Source of the DNA: Paraspadella gotoi
Lineage: Eukaryota; Animalia; Chaetognatha
DNA length: 64,000 nt
Direction of reading: 5' to 3'
Assembly: GCA_051294375.1 (NCBI GenBank)
Contig: CM119267.1
Coordinates: 26,272,042-26,336,041, forward strand
The notes beneath the pieces were generated by a model. It was not told the origin of the DNA and did no database searches. It saw only the letters and a program-made list of their open reading frames with translations. Shown here piece after piece: positions 24,401-35,253 of the stretch (within the stretch, counting starts at the first letter, position 1; every line of letters starts with the position of its first letter). The position numbers and the translations under genes are program-made.

Positions 24401-27400
24401 AAAATTTTCTTCAATGATCTTGACGTTCAAATCTCAAGACAAAAGTCAAAATGGACAAAAATGGCATAATTTTTTTTATTAAAAGTAGCAAAAATTATAC
24501 CAATTCTTGATTAGAAAATGCAGCAGATGATTTTAATTAATCCGTAGTCCAGCCCACTTTGTCTTAGGGTTTAAATTTAATCAATTCTGTTGATAATATT
24601 CTAGCAATATTCAAAAAGTGGTTTTTTTTGCTGAACTTCCTCGATAGAAATCACTGCCCTCTCTATTACTAAAGTCAAAGGAAAAGTCAAAAAAATAGGC
24701 AAAAAAAAGTATATTCTCTGAGAGGGAGCTCGCGAGCTGAAGTAGAACCCAAGACAGAACTCAAATCTCTCTCTTTGCTCCTTCTGTCGTCGCTCGCTGA
24801 GGAGGAAGGGAAAGGGAGGAAAAGAGGCGGAAGAGGAAGAAGAAAAGGTGTCTCGAACGAGAATGGGGAAGAGAAATGAGGGAATCCAGTGAAATATACT
24901 CATCCCTCTATCTGTGCCTCACCCTTTATCTGAGATGACTCGACGGGTCATTGACTGACGTGTCGGGTCATCGTGAAGAAGAGAAAAGGAAAAAGGAGGA
25001 AAGGAAAGAAAGAGAGGAATGGGAAGAAAGGGTGAGGAGTGGGGTCCCGGGCATAATTTTATGAAGGGGGGCTGCGCATCAAGAGAGATTCTCTGTTCTG
25101 TGACGTCTAAATGAAGGTTAGTATGCATATAAATACAATGTCGACTTCTCAAGCTCTACTCAGCTTTGGGGGTTGTCCTAAGATAAGTGGGAACAAGGCC
25201 TAAATTAGCCATTCCGGTGTTAGTACACTGTTACAAAATTACAATAAAAATTTAACACTAAACAAGACTTTGGAGGCAATCTTTTTTTTTTTGTTAGGAA
25301 TCCTTGTCGTTGTCTTTGTCCTTAAAGGGTTTGTTTGGTCTTCTTCTTCATGTGATTGCTGAGTTCTTCTACCATTGTGGCCAATCACCTCTTTGCCGGG
25401 AATCTGTCTCCTTCTGGAAATCGTTGTCCTTTCTCCTATCTGCTGAGGATCTTGTCTTTGTGGTATCCGTCAGAGTGACTTGAGTATTACTCCTTAAGTA
25501 TATTTGGAATCCAATCTTCCGTAGGAAGCCGTCTTTGCAAGACCGAGATAATCTTTGTTCCAGTCAACCTCTCATCAGGGCCGCAAGAGGAATCTGCAAT
25601 CTTGTTAGGGAATTCTTCAGGGTTTGCCGTTGGTGGCAATAATATCCGCGAGTGCCGCGTGTGGCGATAATATCCGTTTTTGTTTCATCAGTTTTTTTTT
25701 TTTTTGTGTGTGTGTAATCAGCTTGGGTCGTAGCTACTTTGTATGTACAGGTCGGAGAGGGGACTACTGTGGCCACGAGTATTCCCCATTCCACGGTCAG
25801 CCTATACATTTGGGGCGGGTTGTTTCCGTTGTTTCCGCAGTTTCATGCCTCTGCTGTTCCCGGTTGTGAGGCGCGGTGACCGTAGGCGTTCGTATCGCAT
25901 CTGGGCGCAGCTTCTTCAGCACTCTGCGGTGGACGACTCTGTCGTCGTTCCATATTCTGGCTTCACCAGGTACATCATGACTCTCACTTCATGTTGACTG
26001 GATATTTGGGCCAGAGTTGACATTGCAGTCCTCTGAATCCCGACGTAAGTTGATCTTTCCAAAATTGATTTCTTGTCTTCTCAGAATTTGTATATGCCTG
26101 TTATTCCACTTTTGCTCGCCGACAGATTCCACTCTTGTTCGCCGACAGATTCCACTCTTGCTCGCCAACAGATTCCACTCTTGCTCGCCGACAGATTCCA
26201 CTCTTGCTCGCCGACAGATTCCACTCTTGCTCGCTGACAGATTCCACTCTTGCTCGCCGACAGATTCCACTCTTGATCGTCATGTTCCACTTGATCGTCA
26301 TCATTTTCCTGTTGATCGTCATCATGTTCCTCTCTTGATCGTCATGTTCCTCTCTTGATCGTCATCGTGTTCCTCCTCTGTTCACCGTCAGATTTTTCTC
26401 TTGTTCATTATCAGATTCTATTCTTTTATTTTCTTATCAAAATTTATTTTGTCCATCTGAAATGCTTTGAAGTTTTTGTATAAAGGTCAAATTTTTAAAT
26501 TTTTCTTCCGGTGAAATATAGATTCTTGCGTCTCTCTTCCGATGGAAATACGTCTCTCTTCCAATGGAACCGCGTCTCTCTTCCAATGGAACCGCGTCTC
26601 TCTTCCGATGGCACCGCGTCTCTTCCGATGGAACCGCGTCGCTCTTCCGATGGAACCGCGTCGCTCTTCCGATGGAACCGCGTCGCTCTTCCGATGGAAC
26701 CGCGTCGCTCTTCCGATGGAACCGCGTCGCTCTTCCGATGGAACCGCGTCGCTCTTCCGATGGAACCGCGTCGCTCTTCCGATGGAACCGCGTCGCTCTT
26801 CCGATGGAACCGCGTCGCTCTTCCGATGGAACCGCGTCGCTCTTCCGATGGAACCGCGTCGCTCTTCCGATGGAACCGCGTCGCTCTTCCGATGGAACCG
26901 TCTGATGGATTCTCATTTTTTCAGCATGTGCAGAACGCCTTGTTTGAACGTTTTGGATGCCTCGCTCTACCGTCCAGATTGCCTCGCTTGAGCATTTTGA
27001 ATGCCTAGCTTGAACGTCCCAAATGTCTCGCTTGAATGTCCCGAATGCCTCATTTGATTGTCCCAGATCTCTTGCTTGATTGTCCCGTATGTCACGCTTG
27101 ACTGTCCAGATTGATTTGCTTGACTGTCCAGAACGCTTCACACGTTCGCCGAGAAAGATCTCCCATCTAAATTTCCGTCCTTTTTTCTTTTCCCCTCCAA
27201 ATGAAATCCTTTTTTCTCAAAAATAACTTCTTCGATCGTCCATCGTAATAAAGGTCAACTTCTTAAAATCCTCGTCAGCCATCTTTCTTCCGCTCGAGAC
27301 TTGGATCCTTCTGGCTTTGAACTTTGGATCCGCGGCCCGTGACTTCACTCCGTCTTTGTTGAAAGTTGAGAGCCGAATTCTGAGAGAAAGAGAGAGAGAG

Positions 27401-29021
27401 ACTCTCTGAAATTTCGCATCTTTGGTCTTTTTCGAGGCTCGGTTTTCCTGTTTATTTTGGTGTCGTTTTTGCTGAATCCATCGCCAGTTTTCATCTTTGA
27501 TCGCATCTTCCTGTTTCCATCTTCTTTCCATCTTCCATCTTTTAATTGATCGCATCGTCGCCTCTTCATCGCGATTGCCTTTATTTATAATTACGTAATT
27601 GTCTTCTATTTTTAAAGGGGTCTTTATTTTTATGTTTCGATCCCTCTCTTTTTTTTTTCTTGCTAGATCAAAGGTTTCATGCATTTAGATTAAATTGGAG
27701 TTAATCAAAACAAAACATTCCAATGTCAGGGACGCTCCCCTTTTTCACTTTCAGGAACAGGAATGAAAACAAAAATTGCGGAAATTGGCATCCCTCCAAT
27801 ATTTTACATAAAACAATCCCGAAATGCACATTTTGAAATAGACTTTTCCGCGTATAATTTAAGCGTCATTAAACGAGGAATTCCTCCAAGCAAGAAATGG
27901 ATACTTAAATTAAAGCTGAGGGACCAAAATTTGAGTTCACATGTCCTTAAAGTTGCAGGGTGGGGCCACTCCGTTACATTGTTACAGCTCTGTCTGGGTT
28001 CCAGATTTTTTTTTTTTTTTTTTGGAAAGAATCATCTCCTAAAATGATTCATCTACAGATGAAATCCATTCTGACGCTCTTCTAGGGCAAAATTCGTTTT
28101 CCAGGTGGCTCGCCCTCGTCATCCTTTTGCTCGCCCTCGTCATCCTTTTCCCGGCGTTTTCATCCAAGATGTCCAAGATGTCCATCTGCTTTGTCCGTTT
28201 CTTTCGTGTCCTCAGTCCCGTGTCCTCAGTCCATCTCCTTTATCCGTCTCCTTTGTCCGTTTGCTTTGTCCGTGTCCTCAATCCCGTGTCCTCTCGAAGA
28301 TCTTGCACTTCGCCTTGGGATCCCGTCCTTGTCCCGGATTAACCGTCTTCATCGTTGTCCTTATTTTGTCCACTTTGTCTCCTGGATCTTGTCCTTCCTT
28401 GTCTTCGAAATTCGCTGTATTTTTCTCGGATATTGTCGTCTCCCTCGTCGCCGTCTCCCTCGTCGCCGTCTCCCTCGTCGCCGTCTCCTGCGTCGTCTCC
28501 TTCTGCGTCGTCTCCTTTGCATCGTCGCCGCCTTCGTCGTCTCTTTCGTCGTCGCCGCCTTCGTCGTCTCTTTCGTTGTCGCCGCCTTCGTCGTCTCCCT
28601 CGTCGCCGCCTTCGTCGTCGACAGTTGAGAAACGAGCACAGGACTCATCCACAGGGAGTGGGTTCGAGGCGCGAAAATGGCGACACTAACAGATGGGTAG
28701 GTCCATCATCTCTATCTCTCTATTACTAAAGTCAAAGGAAAAGTGAAAAAAATAGGCAAAAAAAGTATATTCTCTGAGAGGGAGCTCGCGAGCTGAAGTA
28801 GAACCCAAGACAGAACTCAAATCTCTCTCTTTGCTCCTTCTGTCGTCGCTCGATGAGGAGGAAGGGAAAGGGAGAAAAAGAGGCGGAAGAGGAAGAAGAA
28901 AAGGTGTCTCGAACGAGAATGGGGAAGAGAAATGGGGGAATCCAGTGAAATATACTCATCCCTCTATCTGTTTTGATTTCTTTCTTTTTTTCTGGCTGCC
29001 TCTGCTGCTGCCAAAAACGAT

Positions 29022-29052
<31 letters not shown>

Positions 29053-29779
29053 GCGTTTTTATTTTAAAAAAAAATTAATTAGGACTGAACTCATAGAATT
29101 AGGCATCACATTCGTACATGTTATCATTTTGCTATCGCAACATCGAGTTTTTATTTAGTTCTTTCTTTTCGTCATTCTCTCTTTATTTTTTTTTCTTTCC
29201 TTCCTATTCTTTCTTTCCTTTCTATTTTTTCTTTCCTTTCTATTCTTTTTTTTCTTTTCTATTTTTTTTTCCTTTATATTTTTTCTTTCCTTTCTATTCT
29301 TTCTTTTCTTTCTATTCTTTTTCCTTTCTTTCCTTTCTATTCTTTCTTTCCTTTCTATTCTTTCTTTCCTTTCGATTTTTTCCTTTCTATTCTTTCCTTT
29401 CTATTCTTTCTTTCCTATTCTTTCTTTCCTTTCTATTCTTTCTTTCCTTTCTATTCTTTCTTTATATTTATTCTTTTCTTATTTTTCTTTCTGTTTATAA
29501 ATTAATTTTCTTTTCTCAAATTTGATTTTTTTTTAGTATCAAAATTTGTCGTCAATCCAGATTTTTCTTATACGATTGCGACGATCCTTATGCTTTTAAG
29601 ATTTTTTATTTAAAATTAATGTATTTACAGTTGCGCGAATTAAGGCAACACTACTCGCCCGATGAGCGGCCCATCGTTCTCGTTGGTTGGGGCGTCGGCT
29701 CTCTGGTCTCGACTCACGTGGCTCTGCTGGAAGTCGCTTCTGCCGTCGTTTGCTTGGGTTTTCCTTTTTCTGGCATTGG
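15425..29779 (+). CDS. KANSL3: KAT8 regulatory NSL complex subunit 3, 5' part only; exons 15425-15694, 15765-15933, 16657-16921, 17017-17147, 17210-17415, 20841-20927, 29631-29779
   Basis: Spliced translation matches KANSL3 motifs: LFQL...ELDVVALDHAYARAW, DRLARL, AYLDILQTLKSKLPSLVDR, ALASLLKRPWDP, KFWHQQLSALGKV|IPI, QQCLENMI, RPIVLVGWGVGSLVSTHV...AVVCLGFP (alpha/beta-hydrolase fold). Downstream exons were not found in the window. Confidence 0.92.
17503..17850. repeat. 22-bp minisatellite (ATCAGTGAATGACTATCATCGC)n, decaying toward ~17990
   Basis: Direct tandem units without spacers, in KANSL3 intron 5. Confidence 0.9.
18286..19042. mobile_element. Inverted-repeat element (MITE-like, or tail-to-tail SINE pair) whose ~232-bp arms contain a tRNA-like head
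   Basis: 18286-18517 is the reverse complement of 18811-19042 with few mismatches; each arm has the terminal hairpin TGGTGGA-ctaaaa-TCCACCA, an A-box-like TGGTGCCGGAGG and a B-box GGTTCTAGCCC; TA at both outer ends. Confidence 0.8.
19193..20596. mobile_element. Tc1/mariner-type MITE interrupted by a TRIM
   Basis: TA|CAGAAGGCTTCATAT ... ATATGAAGCCTTCTG|TA; the imperfect inverted arms continue (gtaccccttttt-gtgacc / ggtcacaaaaaggggtac; tcgaggcgaatttt / aaaattcgcctcga). Confidence 0.8.
19839..20570 (-). mobile_element. TRIM with tRNA-like sequence in its LTRs (Helenus-like), family B
   Basis: Near-identical ~255-bp direct repeats 19839-20092 and 20315-20570; 4-bp TSD GTAC (19835-38, 20571-74). 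On the minus strand the LTR reads TG...ATA with A-box TGGCTGAGCAGG and B-box GGTTCAATCCC, PBS-like TGGTGAGCCC 2 nt after the 5' LTR, and PPT-like CTGGTGGGGGATCC before the 3' LTR. Confidence 0.85.
21396..24658. mobile_element. Unclassified non-autonomous DNA transposon inserted in an LTR of element X
   Basis: 14-bp perfect TIRs GGCAGTGATTTCTA / TAGAAATCACTGCC; removing it restores the LTR with an extra CTCT (apparent 4-bp TSD in a CT-repeat context). Confidence 0.8.
26104..26275. repeat. 23-bp tandem array (CCGACAGATTCCACTCTTGCTCG)n inside element X
   Basis: About 7 near-identical units; a longer, indel-noisy version lies at ~59585-60080 in copy 2. Confidence 0.9.
26527..26901. repeat. 22-bp tandem array (GATGGAACCGCGTCGCTCTTCC)n inside element X
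   Basis: Homogeneous core units with diverged flanking units; the equivalent array in copy 2 coincides with the N-gap 60341-60608. Confidence 0.92.
29200..29465. repeat. Pyrimidine-rich tandem repeat (ctattctttctttccttt-like)
   Basis: Direct reading; explains spurious F/S-rich ORF 29118..29525. Confidence 0.8.
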
Positions 29780-29994
29780 GTAAGGCTGGATAGTATAGCG
29801 TAGCAAAAATATTAAAATCAAGTAGAATCAAAATTTGAATAGTAGATCATGAACATGCTTGTACCTGTGAACATTTTTAAATAACAAAAAAATTTCGTTT
29901 GCGACGATTTTACCATAGTTTTGCACATAAGTGGCGTAGGCGTCGTCGTCGTCGTTCCAATTTATAGATCGCCTTTTTCATGATTAAATTTGGG

Positions 29995-32900
29995 TGTGAG
30001 GCCGAGCTACCTCGACTCTCTCTCTCTTTTCCCTCAACAGCCACATGACCTCAGACTTGACTTGACTTGATAGGCGTTCGTGCCTCACTCTCTCAATGCT
30101 GTCGTCGTATGTGTCGCGCCTCGATTTGATCTATCGAGATCCATTCCGCAAAGAATTACATCTAACTCGAACACTTTGAAAACTCTAGCTTCTTCAACTT
30201 CTCTTCCTGAGCTCATTAGACCAGCTATCTCACAGCTTCTCCGGTGCTTGCTTATATAATTCGGGCTATACTCTTTTCCCACAAACGCATCCTTCCTTTC
30301 TCGATGAGTCACTGGCCTTACACCCACATACCTTATAGTGGTTAATCAGGTTTGCTTCCTGACTGAAAGATTACATCACATTTTCCGCAACTGAAAGACT
30401 TCTTCTGACTGGATACCTTCGTGAATTCCTTTTTTGTGTGTCACAAGACCGGCTCTCGACTTGCATTCTGTTCTCCACAGTAAGACAAATAAATCTATTT
30501 TCTCTTCTCCCAACATTCCTTGTTATGCTGTCCCCCCTCCACTTATGCCCTAGACTCTTTTCCCATTCCTAACGGTGGTCCATCCTCTCCTTTACTCGAA
30601 TTCTCCATAGCTTTCGGTCTTTTGTCATACTCCTATATCGCACACATCCATCCCAGCTCTCTTAATATTTTTCTCCAGTAGTGGTGGGTCCTTCTGTTTC
30701 CTTTACACTTTTAACTCCATTTCTCTAGTTCGCTCATCCATCCAAGGATTACAGCCTTGGCTATTCGGTCATCCTCCATCCTCATCACATGTCCTATCCT
30801 TTCTAAACACTCTCTTTTCAATTTTCCATCTTATGCTTTTTATCCTCAGGTGAGATCTCACATCCTGCATGTTAACACCTTCCTCCTGCATTTGAATCAA
30901 CGGAGGCTTATTCCTCGTTCTCACACAACAAATCTATATGCTTTGTCTACAAAAGCTCTGAAGAGATTTTATTTCCCTTAGAGTCCAAACTCTTACGGCA
31001 ATGTCCAAAAAGAGAGTTTTCTACGCATGCTTCTATTATTCTTGCCTGCATCCTCTTGGATAGGCTCGACCCACTGAGCTGTTTTTAAGCTTCCACAAGT
31101 CTTATTTGCTCTCTTTGATTCTGTTCTTCACATCGTCCTTCCATCCCATCCAGTCTGCCTAACATCCTCACCCCCACCACTACCTTCTCTACAAATTCAA
31201 GTTTCTCTTCTTGTCATCATTGTTCCTTTCCATCATATCTCCCATGACCTCCTTAACTATTCCCACTCCTCCTTCCACTTCCTTTTCATCCCCTACTAGA
31301 GTTGTGTCATCACAAAAGGGCTCTTATCAATAACTATTCCAATGGACTCTGAATTTCTTTTGCCCACATTTCTCCCTGTATGAAGCTTCCGGTGTACCAG
31401 TTGTGTACTGTATTCAAATGTCATTCCCATTTCTCTTCCGCTCGAGATTTCCTTTCTATCGCTTGCTTGTCTCATCCACCTGCTGGTGATATTATGTTGA
31501 ATAAAATCACAGGAGGTTGGGCATCCTTCCCTTAATCCTCTTTGTGGCACCCAGCTTTCACTAGTCCCCTCTTTCCCTCTTACAGCATATTCCGTCGTTT
31601 CATGTAGATTTACCAACACCTTCAGGAGGCGCCATTCAGTCCATACCTCTCCAAGAGCCTCCACAAGGCGGGCTTGTTGACTCTAGGATATGCTTTTCTC
31701 AGGTCGAGCAGTCTTGCTACTGGGTTGAAAGTGTCCACACCCCTCACCCTCCTTGCTTCCAGGTCTAAAGCATCTTCCTGCATTCTAAACATCATCTGTG
31801 TGGCATCTGCTGTTGATCTTCCGCTCCTGATCCGCGATTGATCGTCGTCCAGAAGCTCCATGTCTTCTGCCCATTTCTTTAGCCTGCTAGCTACAGTCCT
31901 CGCCAGTACTCTGCTTGCCAGGATAATAGGCAAACACCTCTGAAATTGTTGGGTCGTTCTTACCCTTTTCTTTCCATATTGGTACAAACATAAACCTTCT
32001 TTTTAAGCTGTCCTCCCAACTATCCGCATCCCTTTCAAACATGAAGAACCCAATCTTGACCAGCTCGTCTAATACAGGATTCCTCCTCCTCTCAGCAAGT
32101 ACACCAGTCTGACTCCATCTTCCCTGAGCATGCCTCTCTCATTCTAGCACTAATTCCTTCACTATTTCTTCTTTCTCTGGGCTTTGTTAAGAGACTCTCG
32201 CCACTTCTCCGTCCTTGCATCTTTTCTTAGGTCTGTTCACAGTCCACAGCCTTCATGATCTCGTCCGGGCAGTTCTCAAACCTTTCGCACCCAACTTTGA
32301 GAATTGAGCTTTGAAATCTTCCTTTGTTAGCGTAGTTACATTTCTTTTCTTCACCCTCTTGTCCCTAGCTGACGTAACACCTTATACATTTTGCCTATGT
32401 CACCCCTGTTTCCTGCATCGCACACTCCTTATAATTTTCCATCCACCATCCCTTTCCCAATCTTCTCTTCGTCTTATTCCATAAGTTTCTTGCCGCTTTT
32501 AGCTCTATCCTCACTCTTCTCAGCTCTTCCCCTTCCTGTCGACTCTCCATCATCTGGTTCCTCTTGTCCAGTAATTCCGTTACACCTCTTTTCATGAACA
32601 CTTATCTCATCCTCTCTTCCTGCCATCCATGGATCTGACACGCCTCTGTCTCTCTTGCCACATGCTGATTCCGCCGCCTCATCACGCATTTCGCTAATCT
32701 GCACCAGTTGGATGAATAAATTGTCCGTGTCATCTTTGTTCAGCTCAAGCTTTTTCCTCACTTCCCCTTGATATTTTCTTCCGTTTCCTCGTCTTTTAAC
32801 AGCTCCCATCTTATCTCCGCTCTCTTACCTTCACGAAATTCTTCCTCCACTTCTTGTTCTTCAACTTGAGGACCATCTTATTTTGCTTGTGGTCGGATAG

Positions 32901-34242
32901 AAACAGATTCGCCTACCGTCTTTACTTTTTTCACAAAATGATGTCGTTGGTTCATCCTCATGAATGAAGCCGTCGAGCTCATACCAGTTTCCGTTTAGGT
33001 CGAGAACCAAGTTCCCTGTTTTTTCTTTGTAGAGACTATTTACCCCAGCATACGCCATTTTCTTCACACCAAGTCATCAATTCTCTCCCTTGCTCATTTG
33101 ATCTAACCAGTCCAAACACTCCTGTTTGTCCGGTTCTCCCTTCATCTCTTCCGATGTGTGCATTGAAATCGCCCCCTCAATTAGAGCAGGTTCCTCACGC
33201 TTGGCCCAGTTCATGTGTTCCTTCAGCGATTCTCCTCGTTCTCCTTATTTACTATTAAATTCTCTTTTTCTCACTGGCATGTACGTCGACACGAGCGTTA
33301 TCTCTCCTAGCTTAGATTGACACGCATCTTTCTGAAAAAACGCTTCTTTGGCCTCCTTCGCTCCATTTCTTCTATGTGCTTGTCTCTTAACAAGATCCCT
33401 GCCTTGGTTAGAGTGAATTTATTACAAAACAGCTTCTTCATCCTGTCCCATCTAGTACGCCGTCTTTCTCTCGCCATATCTCGCTTAATAAAAATTACAT
33501 ACCCATTCTCTTATTACCGCTTCCCCGATACTATTGCCTAGCTTTTCTCAGATTTCTGCCTTCCAGTGACATTCTCTTGCACATTTCCACTTGTTGACAA
33601 TGTTCACTGCTTAATTTCCACGGTTCTTGTCCCCCTTTTTCTTCTTCCTCTAACTTCTCCTTCTCTTTCCTGCTTTTTCCTTTCTTCTCTGTTCTCCTCT
33701 TTTCTCTAGCTAGATCTTGATTTGTCTCTTGGCCCCGGGTTTGGATGTATGTTCACCAGACGCCGCCCTTATCGTCCATCATCCTTCTTCTCTCCTCGTC
33801 TATAAAATAAATCATACGACGCACCTTGAGAGGCTGTAGCCATTTTCTGTTTTAGGAGGTGACATGGGTGGCAAGTTCCATGCCCACTCCGTTGCCCATA
33901 AAACGGATCGGGGATCCACCTCTCCGGCTTGACCTTCTCCTTGTTTTCTGAGCCTGTCGTCTCTTTTGCCATCCCATGGGATGTTCCCGCTGGCACCGCG
34001 AGGAGGTTGAGACGTTCTGCCAGCACATGACCTCAGACCTCAGGTCATTGGTCTCGTCGGTCCCGGGCTTCAACGGGTTTCTTCGTCGTGGCCGTAGCAC
34101 GAGAGACAACCGTTTCAACCTTCGAAACTGTACACATTTTATTGCTCTTATGTTTCAACATATTCACTATGTTATGTCTCTTCAATGTTTTACCTCATAC
34201 ATAATAAATGTCTCCCTACTTCTCTATGTCGTGTCTTCCACA
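29995..34242 (+). mobile_element. Probable solo LTR (~265 bp once the LINE is removed)
   Basis: Pieces 29995-30056 and 34039-34242 join; TG(TG)AGG start, TTCCACA end, AATAAA ~35 nt before the end, short GTG(T) duplication. The exact left boundary is ambiguous. Confidence 0.55.
30057..34023 (-). mobile_element. RTE-like non-LTR retrotransposon (LINE), near full length but heavily frameshifted
   Basis: RT motifs 'RSGRSTADA', 'LDLRKAYPRV', 'GLREGCPTS'; endonuclease-like fragments ('NWYELDGFI'); C-terminal zinc-finger relic (ECKSRAGLVTH); (TCAAG)n tail at ~30057-30070; 15-bp TSD CACATGACCTCAGAC at 30042-30056 and 34024-34038. Confidence 0.85.
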
Positions 34243-35253
34243 GTGTATGAAGCTGAAAATTTATATACAGCTTCTCATCATCGATGTGCTTAAATTTGAA
34301 GTCTGGACAGTTATTAAAATTGTTTTGTTTATGTTTTATCAAACAAACAGTTTTTTTCTTTTATTTTTATATTTCTTTCTCTCTCTCTTTTCTCTTTTAA
34401 TTAATTTAGCTATCTCTACTCTCTTTTCCCCGTGCTGATTCAATCGGAAAAAAAATGAGTCTGCAGATGGCTCTGCATGGGCTTATTCTTTTTCTCTCTT
34501 TTCTCCTGCTGCTTCTGCGTTTTTATTTAAAAAATTAAATAGGATTGAACTCGTAAAATTAGTGCATGTTATCATTTTGCTATCGCAACATCGGGTTTTT
34601 ATTTCGTTTTTATTTTATTTTTTTTTTTCTCTCTCTATGCAATTGCGACGATCCTTTCGCTTTAAGATTTTTATTTGTCAATTTTTCGCATCGCCCATAT
34701 TTATGACATAGTATCACCATATATAATCACAAACAATTTAAAATGGGTTTTTTATTTATTTTGAAAGCAGATTCGAATTCCTCAAGAAAAGTTGATAAAA
34801 GGAAATATATACTCTTTATGTTCTCTAGTACAAGACAACTAATATATACCTGTTACTTTATTATATATGTCGCCGGAGAGGCATGGCGGGCCACGATGAG
34901 CCACTGAAAAGAAAAAGGGGGAGAGAGGGTAGAACGATTAGTGGTGCTGCACCGTACCAGCACTTGTACACATACAGGCGCCATGCAGTCGCCATGCAAA
35001 CTTGACACTCGACACTCGCTCCCACGGTGATTTCACTCACGGGTGAGACAGCGAGGAGGTCCTGCGGGGAAAGTGACTATTCACCGCGACCACTGCTGAC
35101 TCACTAGTTTAGTAGTGGGTAGAGACTAGAGACCATGCGTACGACGGCATGACCTAGGGTACACGACACACGGGGAGCACAGGGACACCCATACCTAACT
35201 CCAACACCCAAACCTAACCAAAGAGTGGCTGAGGAGGCGAGAGACGAGAGGCG

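Larger units (their letters stand above)
21362..28970 (-). mobile_element. Non-autonomous LTR retroelement (LARD-like, 'element X') copy 1, non-canonical termini
   Basis: ~285-bp direct repeats (21362-21395 + 24659-24914; 28686-28970) reading CTAAC...TATCTG; 5-bp TSD TTTTG. Minus strand has PBS-like TG(T)CGCC right after the 5' LTR and PPT-like AAAGGGTGAGG before the 3' LTR. No intact pol. Confidence 0.85.
21001..29602 (+). mobile_element. HINE family 2 copy split by the LTR element at 21362-28970
   Basis: 5' half 21001-21361 and 3' half 28971-29602 rejoin to match the intact copy at 14057-14760 (empty site gctgccTTTTGatttc at ~14472-14487). Confidence 0.75.
29897..34668 (+). mobile_element. 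HINE family 2 copy split by a solo LTR and a LINE
   Basis: ...attaaatttgggtgt (29997) resumes as gtgtatgaagctgaaaattt (34243), as in the intact copies; 3' subTIR/hairpin at ~34640-34668. Confidence 0.7.

Noticed and set aside
25565-25585. Hammerhead core CTGATGA on the minus strand of element X
   Set aside because: No GAAA box or flanking helices.
26104-26901. CRISPR-like repeat arrays (also 17503-17850)
   Set aside because: Units are head-to-tail with no unique spacers, there are no cas genes, and the context is eukaryotic.
26437-28729. Repetitive-protein ORFs in element X (e.g. 26437..27141, 28278..28652)
   Set aside because: They are open in several frames and on both strands because of stop-free tandem repeats, and are not preserved in copy 2 (which is, however, noisy).
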